A stretch of DNA of 64,000 bases from Candidatus Hadarchaeales archaeon (GTDB lineage: Archaea > Hadarchaeota > Hadarchaeia > Hadarchaeales > Hadarchaeaceae), in the NCBI GenBank assembly GCA_038823825.1, contig JAWBCC010000001.1:133842-197841 (forward strand). Reading direction: 5' to 3'. The stretch's first letter is position 1; each line of letters starts with the position of its first letter. Below, piece after piece: positions 47,885-56,754 of the stretch. The notes beneath the pieces were generated by a model. That model saw only the letters and a program-made list of their open reading frames with translations, was not told the origin of the DNA and made no database searches. A program made the translations under genes and the position numbers.

Positions 47885-48908
47885 AATAATCGGCGAGGGG
47901 CATCCAGTATTCATAGTCGCCGAGCTTTCCGCAAATCATCTTCAAAAGTTGGACTTGGCGAAAGAAACGATAAAAGCCATGAAAAAGGCGGGCGCGGACG
48001 CGGTAAAGCTCCAGACTTACACTCCCGATACGCTTACGATAAACTCAAAAAAGGATTATTTTAAAATCAAACAGGGGACGCCTTGGGACGGCCACTATCT
48101 CTACGATCTCTACAAACAGGCTTACATGCCTTGGGAATGGCACGAGGAGTTATTTGATCTCGCCAGAAAACTAAATCTCATATGCTTTTCCACACCATAC
48201 GAGAGAACCGCCGTCGATTTTTTGAAAAAGTTTGATGTTCCAGCCTACAAAATCGCTTCTTTTGAGGTAACCGATATCCCCTTCATCGAATATGTCGCCA
48301 GCCAAGGAAAACCGGTGATGATCTCAACGGGAATCGCTACCCTCTCCGATATCGAGGAAGCTCTCACCGCCTGCAGGAGGGTCGGTAATGATCAGGTCAT
48401 CCTCCTAAAGTGTGTCTCAGAATATCCAACACCTTTGGAAAATGTCAATTTATTGACGATCTCCGACATGAGGAAAAGGTTCGGAGTTCTTGTAGGTCTT
48501 TCAGACCACACTCGCGGAATCTCTGTTCCAGTCGCCAGCGTGGCTCTGGGTGCGGTTTTGATAGAAAAGCACTTCATACTGGATAGAACGATCGGCGGAC
48601 CTGACAGCGCTTTTTCGCTGGAGCCAAGAGAATTCTCGGAGATGGTGAAGGCAGTCAGAGAGGTTGAGAAGGCTCTCGGCAAACCGACCTATGAACTTAC
48701 GGAAAAACAAAAGAAGAGCCGGCAGTTAGCAAGGTCGCTTTTCGTCGTTAGGGATGTAAAGAAAGGAGAGATGTTTACCGAGGAGAACGTCAGATCGATA
48801 AGACCAAACTACGGCCTACCACCGAAGTATCTCAAAGAAATCCTCGGCAGAAGGGCAAAGTTTGACATAGAAGCAGGCACACCCCTGACTTGGGAAATGA
48901 TAGAGTAA
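47856..48908 (+). CDS. pseI: Pseudaminic acid synthase-like NeuB family protein
   Basis: ..FIVAELSANHLQKLDLAKETIKAMKKAGADAVKLQTYTPDTLT.. closely follows PseI/NeuB family motifs and has a C-terminal SAF domain. It overlaps pseH by 29 nt. Confidence 0.8.
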   Translation: MKVELKIGDRIIGEGHPVFIVAELSANHLQKLDLAKETIKAMKKAGADAVKLQTYTPDTLTINSKKDYFKIKQGTPWDGHYLYDLYKQAYMPWEWHEELFDLARKLNLICFSTPYERTAVDFLKKFDVPAYKIASFEVTDIPFIEYVASQGKPVMISTGIATLSDIEEALTACRRVGNDQVILLKCVSEYPTPLENVNLLTISDMRKRFGVLVGLSDHTRGISVPVASVALGAVLIEKHFILDRTIGGPDSAFSLEPREFSEMVKAVREVEKALGKPTYELTEKQKKSRQLARSLFVVRDVKKGEMFTEENVRSIRPNYGLPPKYLKEILGRRAKFDIEAGTPLTWEMIE

Positions 48909-48911
48909 GAA

Positions 48912-50237
48912 TCAGGTTAGCCTCTTGAATCCAGCATGGGCGACTGGTCCTTTCAGCATGCTTTGAACTTTCTCATCCGCGATGGCTTTAGCAAGAATTT
49001 CGAAAACTTCGTCGACATTTCCGAGATACTTCTCGATGCATTCTTCTGTGTGGCTATAGGAGACATAAAAGCTCTTGGATGCTAAAAATCCTCTCTCGAG
49101 CATTTCCTGCGTGAAGAGAGTGTATATCTCCTGGTTTATCTCTCCATAGCCCAGCTTGTAAGTGGCCAGAGCCGGCATTCCGACAACCTCAAGTTTTAGA
49201 CCGTTTTCATCTGCCATCTCTTTCCATCCTTTCATAACCTTCTCACCGATTTTTCTCACGTGCGCAGGTACTCTACACCTCTTCAGCTTTCTGATGGTCG
49301 CGATAGCCGCCGCCGGTCCTATCCTTTCCGTCCAGTAAGTGCTGCTTATAAAGCTCTCCTGCGCCACATCCATCACTTCTCCTCGCCCGATAACAGCACC
49401 CATTGGGAAGCCGTTACTCATAGCCTTCCCGAAAACGGCAATGTCAGGATAGACCCCATAAAGCATGTGAATTCCACCGACATTCATTCTCCACCCCGAA
49501 GATATTTCATCAAAAATCAGGACCGCTCCGATTTCGTCGGCGATTTTCCTCACTTTCTGAAGGAAGCCGTTTTTCGGTTCTTGTTCCCTTCTCGGTTCCA
49601 TCACAATAACTCCAATATCGTCGTTTTCCTGGATGATTTTTTCTAATTCCTCTATCTTGTTGTAATGGAAAGGCAATGCTGTGCCTTTTAGAACTCTGGG
49701 AACCCCAAGCGGCTTTAAGCCAGGAAGGAGGTGTCCATCAAGACTTCGCTCATCCGCTAAATTTGCCGCTAGATACCAGTCATGCCAGCCGTGATATCCG
49801 CAGAAAGCGATTTTGTCTTTTCGGGTATATGCTCTGGCAATTCTGACAGCAACCGCCATTGCTTCCCCACCAGTTCTTGTATATCTGACCATCTCAGCCC
49901 AAGGATGGAGTTTTAAAAGAAGTTCGGCGAGCTCGACCTCTTCCGGAGAGTTCAAGGTACACATCGAGCCCTCGTTTATCACTTTCTTCACGGCTTCGTT
50001 CACATCGTCATCCGAGTAACCGAGAATGCAGGCGCCAATCCCCATATATGTATCGATGTATCTGTTTCCATCTAGATCCCACACCTCAACCCCTTTTGCT
50101 CGTCGAAAGTACGATGGCCACTGCTCGGGTAGAAACATCTCTGCCCTTTTCGAGAGGAGCTGTGTTCCTCCCGGAATGAGCTTTTTGGCTTTTTTCCAGA
50201 GTTTTATACCTTTGCTGGGCTTTCTCACATTCATCAC
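48912..50237 (-). CDS. Class III (GSA-aminomutase-like) PLP-dependent aminotransferase
   Basis: ..LIPGGTQLLSKR.. N-terminus, ..GYHGWHDW.. and a PLP-lysine region (..AVFGKAMSNGFPMGAV..). It resembles HemL-type enzymes but lies inside a sugar cluster. Confidence 0.75.
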   Translation of the reverse strand: MMNVRKPSKGIKLWKKAKKLIPGGTQLLSKRAEMFLPEQWPSYFRRAKGVEVWDLDGNRYIDTYMGIGACILGYSDDDVNEAVKKVINEGSMCTLNSPEEVELAELLLKLHPWAEMVRYTRTGGEAMAVAVRIARAYTRKDKIAFCGYHGWHDWYLAANLADERSLDGHLLPGLKPLGVPRVLKGTALPFHYNKIEELEKIIQENDDIGVIVMEPRREQEPKNGFLQKVRKIADEIGAVLIFDEISSGWRMNVGGIHMLYGVYPDIAVFGKAMSNGFPMGAVIGRGEVMDVAQESFISSTYWTERIGPAAAIATIRKLKRCRVPAHVRKIGEKVMKGWKEMADENGLKLEVVGMPALATYKLGYGEINQEIYTLFTQEMLERGFLASKSFYVSYSHTEECIEKYLGNVDEVFEILAKAIADEKVQSMLKGPVAHAGFKRLT

Positions 50238-50998
50238 TTTTTTACAATCTCTCTGTCTTCTCTTAACGATTTTTCGTATCCTTCATTCCTTTTTATGCCG
50301 CGGTTTATTTCGGCAAGTTCAGGATGCTCCTTCAGCAACTCCAAAACATCCTGCATGTGAAAGATTTCTTTTCCAATTCTTTCGTAAACCTCTCTCACAA
50401 ATCTCAGATCCTCTTCTCTGTCGACGGTCCAACGCAAATGAGAGAGATCATGCTCAGCCTCAAAACTTCCTATCTTAAATTTTTCGGGATGTTTTCGTAT
50501 GTATGGTGTGACGTGCTCTCTCTCCGAAAGTTTGGTGGCATTCTCCCACGCCTTTTTCAAAGCATCAAACGAGAACACCTCCACATCGAGTCCATCCGGA
50601 AAAGTTGGCCTGACAGTATTGCTCACATAATCAAAATCACCTTTCAAGAAAAATTCCACCGTTTTATCGACGATTTCTGGGTCAATAAGAGGACAATCAG
50701 CGGTAATCCGAACAACAACGTCCGCTTTAAATTCTTTGGCCGCCCGATAATATCTGTCTAAAACATCATCTTCGCTACCCCGGAAGGTCTTGACCCTGCA
50801 CTGCTCTGCAATTTTTACGATTTCATCATCTTCAGCATTTGTTGTAGTGGCTACAACGATTTCATTTATGAGCTTAGCTCTTTTCACCCGCTCTATCACA
50901 TACCATAACATGGGTTTTCCACAGATCTCTTTCAGAACTTTGCCCGGAAGACGGGTAGATCCCACTCTCGCTTGTATGATAGCTACAGTTTTTCTCAT
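50234..50998 (-). CDS. Cytidylyltransferase of the SpsF/PseF type (candidate CMP-pseudaminic acid synthetase)
   Basis: VAIIQARVGSTRLPGKVLK..GKPMLWYVIERV.. is the SpsF/CTP_transf_3 N-terminal motif. The ORF-track start at 51115 adds a 39 aa non-homologous extension. The ATG at 50998 lies 2 nt downstream of the stop of the preceding gene. Confidence 0.7.
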   Translation of the reverse strand: MRKTVAIIQARVGSTRLPGKVLKEICGKPMLWYVIERVKRAKLINEIVVATTTNAEDDEIVKIAEQCRVKTFRGSEDDVLDRYYRAAKEFKADVVVRITADCPLIDPEIVDKTVEFFLKGDFDYVSNTVRPTFPDGLDVEVFSFDALKKAWENATKLSEREHVTPYIRKHPEKFKIGSFEAEHDLSHLRWTVDREEDLRFVREVYERIGKEIFHMQDVLELLKEHPELAEINRGIKRNEGYEKSLREDREIVKK

Positions 50999-51000
50999 CC

Positions 51001-51993
51001 TTAGACCCTCACCACTCTTCCGGTTTTCGCGGATAGTTTCGCAGCAAGCGCTATTTCCAAGGTCATTTTTCCCTCCTCGCCATTTACTTCCGGTCTGTCT
51101 TTTCCCTCCAAACATTTTATGAAATGTCTCATTTCCTCTACATACATTCTATTCCAGTCACATCCCCGATACACATTTCGCCATTTTTTGTTTTTTGCCA
51201 GAAAAACTCTTACACTTCCAGCGGGGAAACTCCAGACAACAGTTCCTTCCTCTCCTACGATCTCGCACATTCTAGAATAATCCCTCCTCACGAAATCGAT
51301 ATGAACGTTTGAAAGTTTGTTTTTTTCATGCTTCATGAGAATGCTCGCCGTATCCTCGACATTGATTTCAAGCGGGCTCAACTTTCCAGCGAAACAAAAG
51401 ACCTCATTGACATTTCCCAAAAGCCATCTCATATAGTCTATCTCATGTGATCCGTCCAAAATTATTCCGCCACCCATCTCCTTCCTAGCTGTGTAGCTTT
51501 TCCGATAATCCTGCCAAGGTCTCCAGTCAGGAAGATATTGCTCAGCCTGTGCTCTACCGAACATCACTTTTCCGATCTCTCCACTTTCGATAATTTTTTT
51601 CACGAGTCGCATACCGGGATGAAATCTGAAATTGTATCCCACCGAAATGATCAAACCCTTTTTCTCTGCTTCTTCGATAATTTCGTCTACACCATCCATC
51701 GAGTGGGAGAGGGGTTTTTCGATGAACACATTTGCACCCGCATGCAAGGCCTGCCTGGCAAGAGGGACATGATTAACCGGAGGCGTACAGATGAGAGCCC
51801 CATCAGGTTTTTTCGCTAACGCCGATTCCAAATTCTTCTCGATTTCTACTCCATATTTTTCTCCAACATATTTGAGCCTCTTCGCATCGCTGTCGTATGC
51901 CGAAAGTTTTTTGATCCCCAACGAAAGCAGATTTTTAATGTGACGTTCTCCTATAGACCCACATCCTACAACCAAAATTTTAAGGTCCTTCAT
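51001..51993 (-). CDS. Gfo/Idh/MocA family NAD(P)-dependent oxidoreductase (WbpB-like sugar dehydrogenase candidate)
   Basis: LKILVVGCGSIGERHIKNL.. Rossmann N-terminus plus the C-terminal alpha/beta domain of the GFO_IDH_MocA family. It overlaps the upstream DegT gene by 4 nt. Confidence 0.8.
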   Translation of the reverse strand: MKDLKILVVGCGSIGERHIKNLLSLGIKKLSAYDSDAKRLKYVGEKYGVEIEKNLESALAKKPDGALICTPPVNHVPLARQALHAGANVFIEKPLSHSMDGVDEIIEEAEKKGLIISVGYNFRFHPGMRLVKKIIESGEIGKVMFGRAQAEQYLPDWRPWQDYRKSYTARKEMGGGIILDGSHEIDYMRWLLGNVNEVFCFAGKLSPLEINVEDTASILMKHEKNKLSNVHIDFVRRDYSRMCEIVGEEGTVVWSFPAGSVRVFLAKNKKWRNVYRGCDWNRMYVEEMRHFIKCLEGKDRPEVNGEEGKMTLEIALAAKLSAKTGRVVRV

Positions 51994-53195
51994 CGGGAAA
52001 TCTCCCTCCCGATTTCTTTGACCACAGATATTGTTCTCATGACATCCTCATCCGTCATTTTGGGAAATAAGGGCAAGGTGACTATTCTTTCGCTAATGTC
52101 TTCAGCCACTGGAAAATCTTCTGGTCTGAAACCGAATTTTTCCCTATAATAGGAAAATTTGTAGACGGGAATGTAGTGCACCGCCGCACCGATTCCCCTC
52201 TCCCTAAGATGAAGAATGAATTCATCTCTGTTGATCCCTTTACAGACAAGCACGGTGAAAATATGCCAAGCATGCCGAACGTGAGGTCGAGAAATCGGAA
52301 GTTCTACGAAAGGAACGTCAGCCAGTTCCTCCATGTAGATTTTGACGATCTCTTCTCTTCTTTTGAGGAAATATTCTAGCTTTTTCAGTTGGGAAAGACC
52401 GAGCGCAGCCTGAAAATCTGTCATTCTGTAATTTCTGCCCAGCATCTTCACATCGTATGTCCATTTCCCCTTAGGTCCAAACCTCTCAAGCGCGGCGGTT
52501 TCAACACCCTGATTTCTAAGGATTCGCATTTTTTCAGCGAGCTCATCATCATCAGTAACGCACATCCCGCCCTCTCCTGTTGTGATATGCTTCACAGGAT
52601 GGAAACTGAATATTGTGATGTCTGCGAAACTTCCAACCTTTTTTCCTTTATACTCGGCACCAAGCGCGTGGGCTGCATCTTCAATCAGCCATAAGTCATT
52701 CTCCTCAGCAATCCTTTTCAGCTCATCGATTTCACAGGGATGCCCGGCAAAGTCAACGTAAATTATCGCCCTTGTTTTTTCGTTTATTTTTTTCTCGACC
52801 TCTTCGGGGTTTATATTAAAGGTATCTTTTTCTATGTCGGCGAAGACAGGCTTGAGCCCAGCATACAGGATAGAGTGCGCTGTAGCCACAAACGTAAATG
52901 GTGTTGTTATCACTTCTCCGCTCTCTATCTCCAAAGAATTGACAGCGATATCCAACGCGGCAGTCCCGGAGTTGACCGCAATCCCGTGTTTGCTCCCGAC
53001 GTAATCGCATACAGCATTTTCAAATTCTTTAACTTTACTGCCCATTACGATCCAATCACTTCGCAGAACCTTCACAACTTCTTCGATATCTTTCTCATCT
53101 ATCCAGTGAAGTCCGTATGGAAGGAACTTCATGCTCCCGCCAGCCATTGCTCGGTTTTCTTTATTCCCTCCTCCAAACTTATTGCAGGTTTCCAT
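51990..53195 (-). CDS. pseC: DegT/DnrJ/EryC1/StrS family sugar aminotransferase, PseC-like
   Basis: ..FLPYGLHWIDEKDIEEVVKVLRSDWIVMGSKVKEFENAVCDYVGSKHGIAVNSGTAAL.., ..FSFHPVKHITTGEGG.. (PLP Lys) and ..GRNYRMTDFQAALGLSQLKKL... The real start is probably MKFLPYG at 53132, directly after the stop of the upstream epimerase. Confidence 0.8.
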   Translation of the reverse strand: METCNKFGGGNKENRAMAGGSMKFLPYGLHWIDEKDIEEVVKVLRSDWIVMGSKVKEFENAVCDYVGSKHGIAVNSGTAALDIAVNSLEIESGEVITTPFTFVATAHSILYAGLKPVFADIEKDTFNINPEEVEKKINEKTRAIIYVDFAGHPCEIDELKRIAEENDLWLIEDAAHALGAEYKGKKVGSFADITIFSFHPVKHITTGEGGMCVTDDDELAEKMRILRNQGVETAALERFGPKGKWTYDVKMLGRNYRMTDFQAALGLSQLKKLEYFLKRREEIVKIYMEELADVPFVELPISRPHVRHAWHIFTVLVCKGINRDEFILHLRERGIGAAVHYIPVYKFSYYREKFGFRPEDFPVAEDISERIVTLPLFPKMTDEDVMRTISVVKEIGREISR

Positions 53196-54055
53196 CCTAG
53201 AAGTTTTCTTGCTTTCGAAAAATCACATACGAGTTTTCTTATTTCAGCCTGTGGATGTGGATGCTTCACATGCTTTATCATTTTATTATTTCCACAGATC
53301 ATAAGTGCGAGTTCGTTTATGCTCACATCTCTTCCAGTTCCCGCATTGATGATCTCACCCACAGCCCTTCTGCTCTCCATAGCCCTTACGATGAAGTCTG
53401 CACAGTCCTCGACATAAAGAAGATCGCGCGTCTGTTCGCCATCCCCGAAAACTAGGAGAGGTTTCTTCTCCAACTTTCTCTTGATGAAAATGCTAACTAC
53501 CCCACCCTCGCTGTCGCTTCGCTGGAAAGGCCCGTAGGTGTTAAATGGTCTCGTTACGACAACAGGCAATCCGTATGCCCGGAAGTAGGAGAGCGCAAGT
53601 TCCTCTCCTGCAAGCTTAGAACTGGCGTAAGGGGAGGCCGGCTTTACCGGGTGGTTCTCACTTATCGGTTTTCCCAGACTGGTATCATAGACTAAACAAG
53701 TTCCAACGAGCACGAGTTTCGCATCACGTCTTCTGCATTCCTCCAAAACATTATGAGTTCCGATAACATTCACCCGAAATGTTTCCTCCGGATCTTCTAT
53801 CGATTTCTGAACATTTATTTGGGCAGCAAGGTGAACGCAGATATCAACATCTTCAAAAACTTTCTTCATTTTTCTGACATCTAGAACATCTCCCTTGACA
53901 AATTTGAAACATTTGTTTTTCAAGAATTCGTTTATGTTCGCTAAGCTGCCGCTACTCAAGTTGTCGTAAGCGATGACATTATAGTCAGAGGAAAGAAGCC
54001 TCTTCACAACCCATCTACCGATAAATCCTGCGCCCCCGGTGACCAGAACCTTCAA
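53129..54055 (-). CDS. NAD-dependent epimerase/dehydratase (extended SDR, UDP-sugar 4-epimerase-like)
   Basis: MKVLVTGGAGFIGRWVVKRL.. followed by YxxxK (..YASSKLAGEELAL..); about 308 aa. Confidence 0.8.
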   Translation of the reverse strand: MKVLVTGGAGFIGRWVVKRLLSSDYNVIAYDNLSSGSLANINEFLKNKCFKFVKGDVLDVRKMKKVFEDVDICVHLAAQINVQKSIEDPEETFRVNVIGTHNVLEECRRRDAKLVLVGTCLVYDTSLGKPISENHPVKPASPYASSKLAGEELALSYFRAYGLPVVVTRPFNTYGPFQRSDSEGGVVSIFIKRKLEKKPLLVFGDGEQTRDLLYVEDCADFIVRAMESRRAVGEIINAGTGRDVSINELALMICGNNKMIKHVKHPHPQAEIRKLVCDFSKARKLLGWKPAISLEEGIKKTEQWLAGA

Positions 54056-54057
54056 AT

Positions 54058-55077
54058 TTAAGCCTCCGGAAGAAGCTCCTCAAGCATCTTTTCGATCTCT
54101 TTTTTGGTCATCGGTTTGGTATCACAGGATCTGTAGGGTTTAACCTCCGCCTTCTTAGCTTTTGGATACTCAAAATTTGCTCGTATCTCTTTTATCTCCG
54201 GAAGGACGATGAACATATCCTCGGTTTCTAGGGCTCTCTCGGCTTCCCCTTCCGTCATCAACTCCTCATAGAGCTTTTCTCCGGGCTTCCTCCCAATTAT
54301 CTTGGTTTTTATCTTTTGGGGATCATGTCCATACTTCTCAGCAAACTTTTCGATCATAGTCGTAGCTAAGTCAGAGATGTTTACAACTGGCATCTTGAAA
54401 ATGAAGATTTCCCCGCCTTTCGCCATTTCTGTGGCTCTTATGAGAAGCTCAATTGCCCTTTTGCTAGACATCACGAATCTTGTCATTGCCGGATCCGTGA
54501 TGGTCACAGGACCGCCTTTTTTTATCTGCTCTAGGAAAACCGGGATGACTGAGCCGCTCGAACCAACGACGTTTCCGAATCTAACACTTGAAAAAACGCT
54601 TCTCCTAGCCCCTTTGTAATAATTGGCTGCTGTGATAAGCCTTTCACATAGAAGCTTTGTCGCCCCCATAACATTAGTTGGATTGACGGCTTTATCGCTA
54701 CTCGTGAAGATCACTTTCTCGACTTCTTCTTGAATCGCTACATCAATCACGTTCTGCGTACCCAAAACATTGGTTTTCACCGCCTCGAAGGGATTGTACT
54801 CGCACTCCTCCACGTGCTTCAAAGCGGCCGCATGAAAAACCAAATCTATATCTTCTACTGCATATCTCAATCTGTCTTTATCCCGGACATCTCCGAGAAG
54901 GAATCTTATGTCCTCTCTCTCCCCGATTTTCAATTTCAGCTCAAACAAACGTGTTTCATCCGAGTCCAGAACTCTCACTACTTTCGGTTTGTGTTCAAGC
55001 AACTCTTGAACAAGCAGGCTTCCTATCGATCCTGCTCCTCCAGTCACGAGGATTTTCTTTCCTTCAATGAAGCTCAT
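54058..55077 (-). CDS. pseB: UDP-N-acetylglucosamine 4,6-dehydratase (inverting), PseB/CapD/FlaA1 family
   Basis: ..KILVTGGAGSIGSLLVQELL.., ..HAAALKHVEECEYNPFEAVKTNVLGTQNV.., ..VRFGNVVGSSGSVIPVF.. and ..GGEIFIFKMP.. track the PseB/CapD polysaccharide_synt_2 pattern. Confidence 0.8.
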   Translation of the reverse strand: MSFIEGKKILVTGGAGSIGSLLVQELLEHKPKVVRVLDSDETRLFELKLKIGEREDIRFLLGDVRDKDRLRYAVEDIDLVFHAAALKHVEECEYNPFEAVKTNVLGTQNVIDVAIQEEVEKVIFTSSDKAVNPTNVMGATKLLCERLITAANYYKGARRSVFSSVRFGNVVGSSGSVIPVFLEQIKKGGPVTITDPAMTRFVMSSKRAIELLIRATEMAKGGEIFIFKMPVVNISDLATTMIEKFAEKYGHDPQKIKTKIIGRKPGEKLYEELMTEGEAERALETEDMFIVLPEIKEIRANFEYPKAKKAEVKPYRSCDTKPMTKKEIEKMLEELLPEA

Positions 55078-55575
55078 TATTTCTTCACCATCTTTTCTAC
55101 CAATTCTGCGACTCTCTCAGATGACTTCCCGTCTATTCGGTAAAAATATTTCCTCACGAATTTTTCACGGTTTTTCATCAATTCATTTTGACTTTTCTTG
55201 TTTAGAAGTCTTTCGATTGTTGGAAGTAGCTCGCCTTTTCTTCTCACCTCCACGGCTACCCCCTCATCTATCAATAGCTTCGGGTAATACCTGATCGGAT
55301 AAGGCTTTCCAGTCAAATTGACGATGATCACGGGTTTTCCTATTGCGGCGGCTTCGCTTCCAACAACAGATGCATCGGTTATTAAAATATTGCATGAAGC
55401 CAACAAATCGTAAAGATTCTCTTTTTTGCTCATGAAGTATTATCTTTTAAGTCTCACTAGATGAGCTGTCTCCTCTTCCGTCCAATACTGAATATCAATA
55501 GGATTACAAGAAGCGTACACAATGAGTTCAGCCCCAGCTGGTAAACCCAATTGTTTTTTATTTTATCGGCCTTCG
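55077..55575 (-). pseudogene. Decayed partial duplicate (3' part only) of the GT-B-like gene at 56755..58023. It retains a 118-codon open reading frame for the C-terminal domain but lacks the N-terminal two-thirds and carries an internal deletion of about 100 nt
   Basis: The product of 55077..55433 aligns residue-by-residue with the C-terminal 118 aa of the 422 aa protein (..SKKENLYDLLASC..ITEGSVVGSEAAA.GKPVIIVNLTGKPY..). The block 55441..55575 is nearly identical to 57221..57358 at the DNA level, including about 78 nt of 100 percent identity. No upstream N-terminal coding region is present. Confidence 0.6.
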
Positions 55576-55590
55576 CTAAAAGTTAAAATT

Positions 55591-56751
55591 TTATCTTTTA
55601 CTATCCCAACTAGCGACTGCTGAGATAAATTTATCTGCTATTTTTTTCCAATCATAGTTTTCTTCTACAAACTTCCTTGCGGCGTATGTACATTTTCTTC
55701 TCTCATTTTCTTGAATTAGCATATGCGTAATTGCTCTAACGGCTTCACTTTCTTCTTTGTAAACGAATCCATAAGGACCGACAATATTCACAAGAGCAGG
55801 GATGTGGGGAACTACTGGATAAGCTCCGCATGCCCAAGCTTCTAAAAGTGGTATGTTCCAACTTTCATAAGAAGAGGACGAAAGATAGATTTTTGCTCTC
55901 TTCAGAAGAGAAATTTTTTCTTTCTCTGGTATTATGCCGGTAAAAATAATATCAGGTTCGTTTTTTGTCATACGCATCAGTAGTTCCTTTTCCGGACCAT
56001 CACCTATAATGCACAGTTTCGCATCCTTCACTTTCTCTTTTACCCTTCTAAAGATCTCTATTGCCCTGTCAACTCGTTTAACGCGAGTAAGTCTGCCCAG
56101 AACAACGATTAGGTTTTCCTTGTCTTCAGAATATTCGTAATCTTCAATATTCACACCATTGCCAGTCACAAAGATCTTTCTGGCATCAATTCCGACGAAA
56201 TCTATGATAAGTTTTTTACTTTCTGTAGAGATCGTTTCAACCAGATCTGCCATCCTACTACCAAGTGTCGCGAGCACTAGCTCCCCTAGAGACGTGGGGC
56301 AGGCATATGCTCCCTTGTTCAAAAAGAAACCGTAAAACAACACATTCAACCCGCCGATACCATGGATGCTTGCAATAAACGGGATTTTATACAGTTTACT
56401 TATCACGGGAGAAATAATAAAGCCTTCACTTGACCAACTGTAGATGAAGTCTGGTTTATATTCCTCGGCTATAAACATTCCAGCTCTTAAAAGCTCCATC
56501 AAGTTTTTTCCAAAATTAAATGTCTTCTTAAACATACTGTGTTCGGTAGTCCAGTTCCCAACTCTACAAACCCTAATTCCATCAATTACCTCCGTTCCGC
56601 CTTCTGGTAAAAAAGCTATAGCAGTTACCTCGTGTCCTCTTTTGACGAGTTCTCTCGCTATAAAAAAACCGTGTGCTTGTAATCCGCCCGTGATTATTAT
56701 TTGGTCGTTTTGCTTATAGGGAAAATCAGGATTTAGGAATAAAAATCTCAT
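55591..56751 (-). CDS. Glycosyltransferase family 4 (GT-B, retaining)
   Basis: GT4 C-terminal motif ..SYESWNIPLLEAWACGAYPVV.. plus an N-terminal Glyco_trans_4-like domain. Confidence 0.8.
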   Translation of the reverse strand: MRFLFLNPDFPYKQNDQIIITGGLQAHGFFIARELVKRGHEVTAIAFLPEGGTEVIDGIRVCRVGNWTTEHSMFKKTFNFGKNLMELLRAGMFIAEEYKPDFIYSWSSEGFIISPVISKLYKIPFIASIHGIGGLNVLFYGFFLNKGAYACPTSLGELVLATLGSRMADLVETISTESKKLIIDFVGIDARKIFVTGNGVNIEDYEYSEDKENLIVVLGRLTRVKRVDRAIEIFRRVKEKVKDAKLCIIGDGPEKELLMRMTKNEPDIIFTGIIPEKEKISLLKRAKIYLSSSSYESWNIPLLEAWACGAYPVVPHIPALVNIVGPYGFVYKEESEAVRAITHMLIQENERRKCTYAARKFVEENYDWKKIADKFISAVASWDSKR

Positions 56752-56754
56752 AAG

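Noticed and set aside
50999-51115. N-terminal 39 aa extension of the SpsF-like cytidylyltransferase predicted by the ORF track (MFGGKRQTGSKWRGGKNDLGNSACC...)
   Set aside because: The extension overlaps the 3' end of the upstream MocA oxidoreductase gene and has no homology. The conserved domain begins at MRKTVAIIQAR (ATG at 50998), 2 nt after the upstream stop.
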